A stretch of DNA of 64,000 nt, taken from positions 1 through 64,000 of the forward strand of contig JBAXKC010000011.1 in assembly GCA_037137535.1 (NCBI GenBank), given 5' to 3'. Below the pieces are notes generated by a model, which was not told the DNA's origin, did not search any database, and worked only from the letters and a program-made list of their open reading frames with translations. Positions 51,804 to 60,863 of the stretch are shown here, in pieces (position 1 is the stretch's first letter; the number at the start of each line of letters is the position of its first letter). The position numbers and the translations under genes were made by a program. This stretch comes from a bacterium (lineage in GTDB: Bacteria; Cyanobacteriota; Vampirovibrionia; Gastranaerophilales; JBAXKC01).

Positions 51804-52157
51804 ATGTCTGTATTCCGAATGCTGAAAAACTTTTTTTGTAATATGCGTTGTGGGCAATGTGGAAAAATATTTGAAGAAAGCTCTGCATCAATATTAAGAG
51901 AAGAAGAAAACTGCGTTGTTTTAAGAATAACATGTTGCAGTTGTGAGAAAAATCTTGGTATTGCATTAATGGGCTTTGATCAAAGTTTAAAGTTAGAAGA
52001 TGATGAAGATTCGACAACTTCATTAAGCACATCTTCGGAAAATTGCATTGAGGAATGTCCCATTTCTTATGATGATGTAATAGAAGCTCATAATTTCTTT
52101 TATAATCTTGATAAAGATTGGAGTAAATATTTACAAAAACCAAAATCGGAAGATTGA
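51804..52157 (+). CDS. Hypothetical Zn-ribbon protein
   Basis: CGQC...CCSC; GAGGA RBS. Confidence 0.75.
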   Translation: MSVFRMLKNFFCNMRCGQCGKIFEESSASILREEENCVVLRITCCSCEKNLGIALMGFDQSLKLEDDEDSTTSLSTSSENCIEECPISYDDVIEAHNFFYNLDKDWSKYLQKPKSED

Positions 52158-52338
52158 TATATATTTACTGTTATTAAAGACTTATTAGTTACTCTAAAGG
52201 CTTATAAAGTAAACTAAAAGTAACAGATTAAACCTTAAATCAAAATAAAGACTTGATAAGTAAACATTCTTTGAGTAATATATTCAATATTGAAAAAGCT
52301 AATAATAAGTTTGTAAATAATAAAAGAGGTGTTGTAAA

Positions 52339-52530
52339 ATGTCTAAAGAATGTTCAGTATGCGGTAAAAGACCTTTAAAAGCTTGTAAAGTAAGTTTCTC
52401 AAACAAGCATCATATCTATCGTCAAAACCCTAACTTACAATCAGTTAAAGCTTTAGTTAAAGGTGTTGCGAAAAGAGTAAAAGTTTGTACTTCCTGCATC
52501 AAGGCTAATAAAGTTGTAAAAGCAGTATAG
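52339..52530 (+). CDS. rpmB: 50S ribosomal protein L28 (Zn-binding form)
   Basis: CSVCGK...VSFSN...PNLQ...VCTSC. Confidence 0.95.
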   Translation: MSKECSVCGKRPLKACKVSFSNKHHIYRQNPNLQSVKALVKGVAKRVKVCTSCIKANKVVKAV

Positions 52531-52540
52531 TCTTAATATT

Positions 52541-52580
52541 TAAAAAATAGCCGTCCTATATTATAGGCGGCTATTTTTTA
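52541..52580 (+). terminator. Intrinsic terminator of rpmB
   Basis: AAAAAATAGCCG...CGGCTATTTTTT. Confidence 0.8.
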
Positions 52581-52646
52581 TTGAGTATAATAACGTATAA
52601 TGAATTATAGCAAGTAATTATCACCCTGTAGAAAGGATTACATAAA

Positions 52647-54797
52647 ATGAAGCAAAGACCAAACTCTATAAGAATTCTAACCTTTTCTGCATTAGCGAGT
52701 ATAACTTTTTTTGCGTTTAATCATAATGTTATTGCTCAAGAGGCAACACAATCAAATCAATTCTATTCAGCAGAAAGTTTCGCAGATAACGTAAGCAATC
52801 TTGAAGGAGCATTAAAAAGTAATCCACGAAGCTATCCTGCAAGAGTTGATCTTATTTCGGCATATACTAACGAAGGCAATAGATTAGCTAATAACCCAGC
52901 TGATATGAGCAAAGCGGCATCATATTACAGAAAAGCTATATTTTTAATGCAATATGACAGTTATTCTTTACCGCCTGAAGTTGTTCTAGGCAATTTAGCG
53001 GAATTAAAAAGTAATCTTGATAATGTGTTAAAATCACAAAAAATTAATATAAGTCCTAAATCAAGACTTGAACTTGCAAAAAAACTTCGTGGCGGCGGTA
53101 AATATGAAGAAGCAATTGTTGAATATAATCAAGCAGCTTCAGATCCTTCTTTAAAAGCAGAATCGCTTGAACTGGCGGCAGATACATTAAGACTGATGGA
53201 CAAAGATACTAAAGCTATAGAATTTTATAAAGAATCGTTAATGAGTAATTCGAACAGTTCTATGCTTCATCTTAAATTCGCAAGAGCTTTAAATAAAGTT
53301 GGTAATGCTGAAGATGCGATGAGGGAATACAATATTGCTTTAAATACAGCAAATAACGCCAATAAAACAGAAATAAACGAATCTTTAGAGCAATTATGGT
53401 CTGCTAAACTTGCCCAAAACCCACAAGATCCTGAAGCTCTTATGAATATGGGCGTTATACTTCAAAAAAATAAAAAATATGACGAAGCAATGAATATGTA
53501 TAATCAAGCAGAACAGCTCGATCCGACAAATGAAACATTAAGACTGAATAAAGGTACTTTATTTCAACAGCAAGGCGACTTGCAAACAGCTTTACAGGCC
53601 TACGAAACTATTCTTGATGTAAACCCTAAAAATACTCTTGCTTTATATTACAGAGCAACTGCATTAAGAGATATGGGTAGAACTGATGAAGCATTAGCCG
53701 CATTTTATAATGTTTTAAACATTGATAATAATTATAATGCAGCAAAAGTTGATTTACTAAATACAATAAAAAACGTTAAAGAGCCTGAACAGGCCTTAGC
53801 ATACATAAGTGATTATGCTAAAAACTTCCCGAATGACCCGATTGCTCAATATAACTATGCGTATCAATTACATATTTTAAAAAAGACAGATGAAGCAATA
53901 GATTTTTATAAAAGAGCAATTTCATTAAATCCAAAATTCACCGATGCCTATTTAAATATAGCTTCGGCTTATAAAGACAAGGGCTTAAACAAAGAAGCTA
54001 TGGATACTATTGTTCAATATTTGAAAATTGATCCTAATAATTCAAAAGCAAAAAACATCCTTGCTCAATTTAAAGATGAATCAACAACAGCTACTTATCA
54101 GACGGCGATTGATAAATTCAATAATAAAGATTATCAGGGAGCTGTCAGCGAATATCAGAATATTATAAACGGCGGTGATACCAGCGTTGAAGCATACTTA
54201 GGTCTTGGTTCATCGTATCAATCTTTAGGCAAGTACGATGATGCTATTAACGCCTATAATAAAGCCTTAGCCAAAGATGCAAAAAAGCCTGAAATCCTAT
54301 ATTCACTTGGTAGTGTTTATTATGACAAAGGTTCTTATGAAAAAGCTGTCGATAATCTACAAAAATCCTTAGTTTTAGACCCGACAAACAAGGATACCAT
54401 TTCTTTACTCGGTGACGCAAAAAAAGCCGCTTCGGATACTGCTGTAACTTCAGCACTAAAAGATTATCATGCGAACAGATATGATATAGCTTTACAAAAA
54501 TTCAACAAAGCTATTGTCTACGATACAAACAACGCATACCCTTACTATTACAAAGGAATAATCTACGATAGCCAAAAAAAATATAAAGAAGCTGTAGATA
54601 ATTTTCAAAAAGCTATTGCCAGAGATAAGGAGCTTCATATAGCATATTATCTAATGGGGCTTTCTTATGAAAGCATGGGAAATAAAACTGAGTCGATAAA
54701 AGCTCTGCAAAAGTTCCTAGAGCTTTCAAAAGGTAAAGATGATGAATACACAAAATATGCTAAGTATAAAATACAAGAATTAAAAGGCAAAAAGTAA
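52647..54797 (+). CDS. Exported TPR-repeat protein
   Basis: Signal peptide plus many TPR motifs over 716 aa. Confidence 0.88.
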   Translation: MKQRPNSIRILTFSALASITFFAFNHNVIAQEATQSNQFYSAESFADNVSNLEGALKSNPRSYPARVDLISAYTNEGNRLANNPADMSKAASYYRKAIFLMQYDSYSLPPEVVLGNLAELKSNLDNVLKSQKINISPKSRLELAKKLRGGGKYEEAIVEYNQAASDPSLKAESLELAADTLRLMDKDTKAIEFYKESLMSNSNSSMLHLKFARALNKVGNAEDAMREYNIALNTANNANKTEINESLEQLWSAKLAQNPQDPEALMNMGVILQKNKKYDEAMNMYNQAEQLDPTNETLRLNKGTLFQQQGDLQTALQAYETILDVNPKNTLALYYRATALRDMGRTDEALAAFYNVLNIDNNYNAAKVDLLNTIKNVKEPEQALAYISDYAKNFPNDPIAQYNYAYQLHILKKTDEAIDFYKRAISLNPKFTDAYLNIASAYKDKGLNKEAMDTIVQYLKIDPNNSKAKNILAQFKDESTTATYQTAIDKFNNKDYQGAVSEYQNIINGGDTSVEAYLGLGSSYQSLGKYDDAINAYNKALAKDAKKPEILYSLGSVYYDKGSYEKAVDNLQKSLVLDPTNKDTISLLGDAKKAASDTAVTSALKDYHANRYDIALQKFNKAIVYDTNNAYPYYYKGIIYDSQKKYKEAVDNFQKAIARDKELHIAYYLMGLSYESMGNKTESIKALQKFLELSKGKDDEYTKYAKYKIQELKGKK

Positions 54798-54804
54798 AGA
54801 AAAG

Positions 54805-55815
54805 ATGGATACACTTCAAACTGACAAGACAAAGCTGACTATCGGCAATTTGAAATTCAATAGTAACGTAACTCTTGCCCCTATGGCAGGAGTTACTGAT
54901 ACTGCCTTAAGGCAAATTATCAGATTACATTCAAAAGACAGTCTTCTGGTAAGCGAAATGCTGAGCTCTGAAGCGTTAAAAATGAATACGGATAAATCTA
55001 TACTCAACCATGTAAAAGAAGAGCATCCACTCGCCTTTCAGATAGCAGGGCATAAGCCTTATCTTATGGCAGAAGGTGCAAAGCAGATAGAATCAATTTC
55101 AACCTTAATTGATATAAACATGGGTTGTCCTGTTGCTAAAATAGTTAAAAATGGCGATGGTTCGGCACTTATGACCGACTTGAAATTAGCTTCGGAAATA
55201 ATATCCTCCATAAAAAACAGCGTTTCTATCCCTGTTACTGTTAAATGCAGAATTGGCTGGGATTGTAATACAAAAAATCATGTGGAATTTGCAAAAATGG
55301 CTGAAGAGTCTGGTGCTGATGCAATAACGGTGCATGGAAGAACCAGAACTCAAATGTACGCTGGACAAGCTGACTGGTATTCTATTGCGGAAGTTAAAAA
55401 TGCAGTTAAAATACCTGTTATTGCAAATGGAGACATAAATTCACCACAAAGTGCGGCAGAATGTCTAAAAATATCAAATGCAGATGGAGTAGCAATAGGT
55501 AGAGGGATTTTAGGCGATGTTAGCTTAATGCATAGAATAGACCATTATCTGAAAACAGGCGAATTAATTGAAGAGCCTGATATACTTTCTAAGCTCGAAA
55601 TTGCTCTTTTACACACAAACAAAGAAATCGAACTTAAAGGTGAGCTTCATGGAATAAAATTCATGAGGAAATTTTATGCCTGGTACATTAAAAGTATTAA
55701 AAATGCAGTAAAATATAGAACAGCTCTTGTTAGAGTCGAAAAACTGTCTGAAATTTATGAAATTTTTGAAGAAATAAGAATCGCTCAAAAAGCAGAAGAG
55801 ATGACTAATAGCTAA
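54805..55815 (+). CDS. dusB: tRNA-dihydrouridine synthase
   Basis: LAPMAGVTD, DINMGCP, PVTVKCRIGW, VHGRTR, ANGDI. Confidence 0.93.
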   Translation: MDTLQTDKTKLTIGNLKFNSNVTLAPMAGVTDTALRQIIRLHSKDSLLVSEMLSSEALKMNTDKSILNHVKEEHPLAFQIAGHKPYLMAEGAKQIESISTLIDINMGCPVAKIVKNGDGSALMTDLKLASEIISSIKNSVSIPVTVKCRIGWDCNTKNHVEFAKMAEESGADAITVHGRTRTQMYAGQADWYSIAEVKNAVKIPVIANGDINSPQSAAECLKISNADGVAIGRGILGDVSLMHRIDHYLKTGELIEEPDILSKLEIALLHTNKEIELKGELHGIKFMRKFYAWYIKSIKNAVKYRTALVRVEKLSEIYEIFEEIRIAQKAEEMTNS

Positions 55816-55918
55816 TTTATTCCTTAAATAGAAGACAAACTGCTTTCTAAAGCAGTTATTTGATGTAAAATTATATTTAAAATGCTTTTTAGTTACGGAA
55901 GTTAAAAAAGGAACGAAA

Positions 55919-57370
55919 ATGAGCAATATATATGGTGTAATACTTGCAGGCGGAAGCGGTAGTCGTCTTTGGCCATTAAGCAGAGAAATGTATCCAAAGC
56001 AATTGTTAAAACTAAATGATGATAATACCCTTTTTCAATCGTCATTTTTAAGATTATCAAATGTTATTCGTCCTGAAAATATTTTAACCGTAACAAATAC
56101 AAAACAATCGTCAGATATAAAATTGCAATTAAGCCAACTAAAAGAAACCGTCCACTCAATTTCTGATTTTCGCACCGTTATTGAGCCTATAGGTAGAAAT
56201 ACTGCTCCTGCTATTGCTTTATCTGTTTTATATATATTGAAAAAAATGTCAGTAAATCATGAAGATGCAATAATTTGCATTTCTCCTGCCGATCACCTTA
56301 TAAAAGACAAACCTGCTTTTGAAGCAGCATTGAATGAAGGTATTAAACTTGCTGAAAATGGATATATAGCAACTTTCGGGATAAAGCCCGATAAGCCTGA
56401 TACAGGATATGGTTATATAAATACAGAAAAAAACAGTCAAATAGAAGAAATTTCATCCGTTGGAGTTAAGGCATGTGAATTTAAAGAAAAGCCTGACTAT
56501 GAAACAGCCGTAAATTATGTTGAATCGGGTGTATATTATTGGAATAGCGGTATTTTTGTATTTAAAGCCTCTGTTATTTTGGAAGAATTAATAAAATATT
56601 ATCCTGAAATATATAATAAATTGGAAAAAGCAGAATTATATGATAATGGTCCGACAGTAAAATTTGATGAGTTTATGCAATTACCTGATATTTCTATAGA
56701 TTATGCGGTTATGGAAAAATCATCGAAACTGGCTCTTATTCCTGTAGATTGTGGATGGAACGATATGGGAAGCTGGGAAGCAATTTACGACACTGCACAA
56801 AAAGATGAAAAAAATAACTTCATGTCGGGAAATGTCGTTGATATAGATAGTGAAGACAGTCTTGTTTTTGGAACATCAAAGCTGGTTTCAACAATAGGTC
56901 TTAAAAATATAGTTGTCGTTGAAACTGAAGATGCTGTTCTTGTTTGCGATAAAGATAGAACACAAGATGTAAAAAAAGTTTTTGATAAATTAAAAGTTTC
57001 CAACGATAATACCTATAAAATTCATAAGACAGTATACAGGCCATGGGGCTTTTATACTGTTTTACAAGAAGGACCTGAGTTTAAAACAAAAATGATACAA
57101 GTGAACCCTGGGGCTAAACTAAGTTTACAGATGCATTATCATAGAAGTGAGCATTGGGTTGTTCTTTCAGGAACAGCGAAGGTAAGAAAAGGCGAAACAG
57201 ATTATTACCTTAAACCTGGAGATAGTATCGATATTCCTGCGACGGTAAAGCATTTTCTCGAAAATCCGGGCAAGGTTGATGTTCAGATAATTGAAGTTCA
57301 AACAGGACATTATCTTGAAGAAGATGATATTGTTAGATTTGAAGATATTTACGGAAGAATTGAAGCATAA
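55919..57370 (+). CDS. manC: Mannose-1-phosphate guanylyltransferase / mannose-6-phosphate isomerase
   Basis: LAGGSGSRLWPLSR, EPIGRNTAPA, FKEKP, SIDYAVME, RPWG cupin, SLQMHYHRSEHW. Confidence 0.95.
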   Translation: MSNIYGVILAGGSGSRLWPLSREMYPKQLLKLNDDNTLFQSSFLRLSNVIRPENILTVTNTKQSSDIKLQLSQLKETVHSISDFRTVIEPIGRNTAPAIALSVLYILKKMSVNHEDAIICISPADHLIKDKPAFEAALNEGIKLAENGYIATFGIKPDKPDTGYGYINTEKNSQIEEISSVGVKACEFKEKPDYETAVNYVESGVYYWNSGIFVFKASVILEELIKYYPEIYNKLEKAELYDNGPTVKFDEFMQLPDISIDYAVMEKSSKLALIPVDCGWNDMGSWEAIYDTAQKDEKNNFMSGNVVDIDSEDSLVFGTSKLVSTIGLKNIVVVETEDAVLVCDKDRTQDVKKVFDKLKVSNDNTYKIHKTVYRPWGFYTVLQEGPEFKTKMIQVNPGAKLSLQMHYHRSEHWVVLSGTAKVRKGETDYYLKPGDSIDIPATVKHFLENPGKVDVQIIEVQTGHYLEEDDIVRFEDIYGRIEA

Positions 57371-57375
57371 GATAG

Positions 57376-57487
57376 AAAAAGATAAGCGTTATTGTAATTT
57401 ACAATAACGCTTATAGTTGACTGTTTGAGCTGGATTGACTGAAAGAAACTTAGTCCGCAAAGTCTGCTAGCATCTCTTTTGCTTTAT
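57376..57487 (-). ncRNA. Candidate small RNA
   Basis: Minus-strand TATACT -10 box (57494-57499), ~60-nt segment GC-richer than its surroundings, then terminator hairpin plus T run; no family recognised. Confidence 0.35.
57382..57414. terminator. Hairpin terminator downstream of manC (T run on minus strand)
   Basis: ATAAGCGTTATTGTAA / TTACAATAACGCTTAT. Confidence 0.75.
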
Positions 57488-57763
57488 ATTTGTAGTATAT
57501 AATACTATTTTTGTTTTTTAAATGCATGTTTCTGTAAATGCAAAATAATGTATTTTTTTTTTAATATTTGCCTGTGGTTGGGGACATTTTTTTGTATATT
57601 ACAAAACTGATTTTGGATTTTATGTTTCGAGAATGATACATATAGCCTAAAAATAAACTCAGCACTTAACTCTAATGCAAATTCTTTGTATAATAATAAA
57701 ATAATTATGTTTAAAATAAGTTTTGCTCTTTAATCAAAATATCTTTTTATGAGAGGATAAATC

Positions 57764-59668
57764 GTGACAGAAACTAATATAGTCCAAAATATCGCAGCAG
57801 CAGAAGAGTTTAAACAAAAGAGAGATTATAAAGGTGCTATTGAGCATTATTATAAAGCTCTTGCTTCTAATCCGTCCGATCATGAAGTATTAGAAAAAAT
57901 CGCTGATTGTTATTTTTTACTAGGCAATTTTGAAAGAGCAGAAGAATTTTATGAAAAATCGTTAGAATATAAAAGTAATTTTACACCGGCATTACTGGGT
58001 ATTTCAAAAATTTTTGAAATACAAAAACATTTTAATAAAGCAGCTGATTATATAAGTAAAGCGTCAGATTCAAATCCAAATGATATAAATATAAAACTAA
58101 ACTTGGCATTTCTGCATATTGAGTGTCATCAATTTGATAAGGCTCAACAAACTTTGGAATTTATAATCAATAGCGGAACTATGCTAGACAAAGCCTATTA
58201 TCTTATGGGGCTGATTTCAGAGCAATTAAATAACATTGAGCAAGCTGAAAATTATTACCAGAAAGCATTACAAGTCGATAAAAATAATTCTAAATCCGCT
58301 CTTGCCTTAGGGATTTTATATTATAACAACAATAAAATTAATGATTCTTTTAAAATGCTCCAAAATGCACTGAAAATGGATTTTAATAATCCTGACGTTC
58401 ATTATTATTTAGGTTTAATTCATCTTTCAAAAGAACGTTTTGAAGAAGCAATCGGAGAACTTAAATTTGTTGTTGCTGTTTCACCAAAACGAATGGATGC
58501 ATATAGCAACTTAGGTTTAGCATACGGATTCTTAGGCTGGTATGATGAAGCCATATCAGAATTCAAATTTGCTTTAAAACTAGCTCCTACAAATTCTGAC
58601 ATACATTATGCTTTAGGTTATATTTATCTGAAAAAAGAAGACTTAACTCTTGCTAAAGAGCATTTAAGTGAGTCCATTTTAATAAATCCAGAAAATGCTG
58701 ATGCTCATACTGCTTTAGGAGACATCTATAAAGAGATGGGCGACTTTAAAATGGCAATAGACGAATATAGTCAGGCAATTAAATATGATAACAATAATTA
58801 TCTGAGTTATTACAACCTTGCTTTTGTACTTGATACAATGGGAATGCAAGATAAGGCTATTGAAACATATCAGACAATAATCAAACTAAATCCAGATTTT
58901 GAATCAGCATATTTTGAGCTGGGTAATATTTATATTTCAAGAGATGACTACAATTCAGCTATAACTAATTTAAAAATACTTTTAACTAAAAATCCTATGA
59001 GAGCTGAAGCAAATTTATCATTAGGTCTTTGTTATTTTAGAACTGCTGATTTTGATGAGGCTTTAAATTATTTTAATAAAGCGGTTAAATATAATAAAAA
59101 TTTAGCAGAAGCGTATTATTACAGAGCAAAAGTTTATAACTTAAAAGCAAATAGAAAAGAAGCTATTATAAATTTAGATGATGCAATTAAGCTAAATTCT
59201 GAAACTTCGTACTATTATAATGAATTAGGTCTGACTTATCTTGCAGATGCTGAAGTAACACTTGCAATAAAATCATTTAAAACCGCAACTTTCTTAGATG
59301 CAAAAAACCCATCTTATAAATATAACCTCGGTACTGCGTTGATGGAAGATGAAGATTATGCTGCGGCAATTATTGAGTTTAAAAGAGCGAATAGATTAGC
59401 ACCATTTAATGCGGAAATATTCCATTCATTGGCAATTTGCTATGAAAAAAGTAAAGACTTTAGAAGTGCAGTTGAAGCCTACCAGAATTTTGTGAAAAAT
59501 AGCACAGATAAGTTAAGAAATGCTCAAGTGCAAGAAAAAATAGAAGAAATGAAACAATATCGCTCAACAGCCTTATCAGAAGATAATATGGGCGATGTTT
59601 CTCAACTTTTACATGATTCTGCGGATAAAAAGTTTTTAGAAACTTTAAAAAGATTATTTAATAAATAA
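57764..59668 (+). CDS. Cytoplasmic TPR-repeat protein
   Basis: Continuous TPR motifs; GTG start with GAGGA RBS; no signal peptide. Confidence 0.88.
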   Translation: MTETNIVQNIAAAEEFKQKRDYKGAIEHYYKALASNPSDHEVLEKIADCYFLLGNFERAEEFYEKSLEYKSNFTPALLGISKIFEIQKHFNKAADYISKASDSNPNDINIKLNLAFLHIECHQFDKAQQTLEFIINSGTMLDKAYYLMGLISEQLNNIEQAENYYQKALQVDKNNSKSALALGILYYNNNKINDSFKMLQNALKMDFNNPDVHYYLGLIHLSKERFEEAIGELKFVVAVSPKRMDAYSNLGLAYGFLGWYDEAISEFKFALKLAPTNSDIHYALGYIYLKKEDLTLAKEHLSESILINPENADAHTALGDIYKEMGDFKMAIDEYSQAIKYDNNNYLSYYNLAFVLDTMGMQDKAIETYQTIIKLNPDFESAYFELGNIYISRDDYNSAITNLKILLTKNPMRAEANLSLGLCYFRTADFDEALNYFNKAVKYNKNLAEAYYYRAKVYNLKANRKEAIINLDDAIKLNSETSYYYNELGLTYLADAEVTLAIKSFKTATFLDAKNPSYKYNLGTALMEDEDYAAAIIEFKRANRLAPFNAEIFHSLAICYEKSKDFRSAVEAYQNFVKNSTDKLRNAQVQEKIEEMKQYRSTALSEDNMGDVSQLLHDSADKKFLETLKRLFNK

Positions 59669-59680
59669 TCTTTTTAATAA

Positions 59681-60268
59681 TTAATTTTCGAGCCATTTTT
59701 TAATAAAGCTATAACCGACCTCACCGCTTTTTTCAGGGTGAAACTGAAAGGCTGCAACGTTTTTATATTCGACAGAAGCAGGGAAATCAATATGATAGCT
59801 TGAATAAGCCGATACGACAGATTCATCATTAGGTTTTACATAATATGAATTAACGAAATAAACATATTCATCACTTAGATATGAATTATTTTGAGTAGTT
59901 TTAAGCATATTCCAGCCTATTTGCGGAACTTTACCCTCTGTGAATTTAAGAACTTTGCCTTTTAAAATCCCTAAACCTTTTATGTCAGGAGCTTCTTCAC
60001 TTTCTTCAAAAAGAATCTGAATGCCTACACATATTCCTAAAAATTTTGCACCTTCATTTATACGTTGAATTATGGCATTATCAAGTCCCGTTTCTTTTAA
60101 AGATTGCATAACCTGTCCAAAATGTCCTTGTCCGGGCAGTATCAGTTTATCAGAATTTAAAATATCTTCAGGCTTAGAACTCACAATATATTCTTGATTT
60201 AGTGATTCAAGCATATTTCTAACGCTTTTTATATTTCCGCCGCCATAATTTATAACAGTTAAAGACAA
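59681..60268 (-). CDS. hisH: Imidazole glycerol phosphate synthase glutaminase subunit
   Basis: ILPGQG, GICVG, VPQIGWN, QFHPEKSG; TTG start 60268 after AGGAG. Confidence 0.94.
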   Translation of the reverse strand: MSLTVINYGGGNIKSVRNMLESLNQEYIVSSKPEDILNSDKLILPGQGHFGQVMQSLKETGLDNAIIQRINEGAKFLGICVGIQILFEESEEAPDIKGLGILKGKVLKFTEGKVPQIGWNMLKTTQNNSYLSDEYVYFVNSYYVKPNDESVVSAYSSYHIDFPASVEYKNVAAFQFHPEKSGEVGYSFIKKWLEN

Positions 60269-60278
60269 TGTTTTACTC

Positions 60279-60863
60279 CTATATGTTACCTTTTGTTGAA
60301 GGGATAATGTCTGAATATTTTTCATTAATACTGCAAGCCTGATTTAAAGCACGTGCAAATGATTTAAAAACTGCTTCAATCTTATGATGAGGATCTTCAC
60401 CGTTTAAGAGTTTAATGTGTATTGTCGACATAGATGCAACAGAAAAACTTTGGAAAAAATGCTTAACTAAAACAGTATCTAAATCACTTACTCTCTCTTC
60501 TTTTACTTCTACGTCATAAGAACAAAAGGGACGACCGCTTAAATCAATAGAAGTCATCACTAAAGACTCATCCATAGGTATAGTTGCGTTGCCATAACGA
60601 TTTATACCTCTCTTATCGCCAAGAGCCTTTCTAAAGGCTTCACCTAGTGTAAGAGCAACATCTTCAACAGTATGATGAGTATCACCGTCAATAGAATTAA
60701 CATTAATATCAAGGTCAAAATAGCCATGAGAAGCTAATTGTTCAAGCATATGGTCATAAAACTTTATGCCGGTATTTATATTTTTAGTCCCTTGTCCATC
60801 AATATCAACTTTAATTGTTATCTCTGTTTCAAGAGTTTTTCTTTCAGCTACGCTGCATCTCAT
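60279..60863 (-). CDS. hisB: Imidazoleglycerol-phosphate dehydratase
   Basis: DHML, HHTVED, PMDE, HHKIEAVFK, PSTKG. Confidence 0.96.
   Translation of the reverse strand: MRCSVAERKTLETEITIKVDIDGQGTKNINTGIKFYDHMLEQLASHGYFDLDINVNSIDGDTHHTVEDVALTLGEAFRKALGDKRGINRYGNATIPMDESLVMTSIDLSGRPFCSYDVEVKEERVSDLDTVLVKHFFQSFSVASMSTIHIKLLNGEDPHHKIEAVFKSFARALNQACSINEKYSDIIPSTKGNI

Noticed and set aside
51669-52143. Minus-strand ORFs of 62 and 121 aa
   Set aside because: They overlap MITE copy C and are antisense to the better supported Zn-ribbon gene
57416-57476. Resemblance to a c-di-GMP-I riboswitch (GAAA...CGCAAAG)
   Set aside because: Lacks the GGCAAAC/GGAC pairing and the P3 stem, and is ~290 bp from the next gene; kept only as an unknown sRNA candidate
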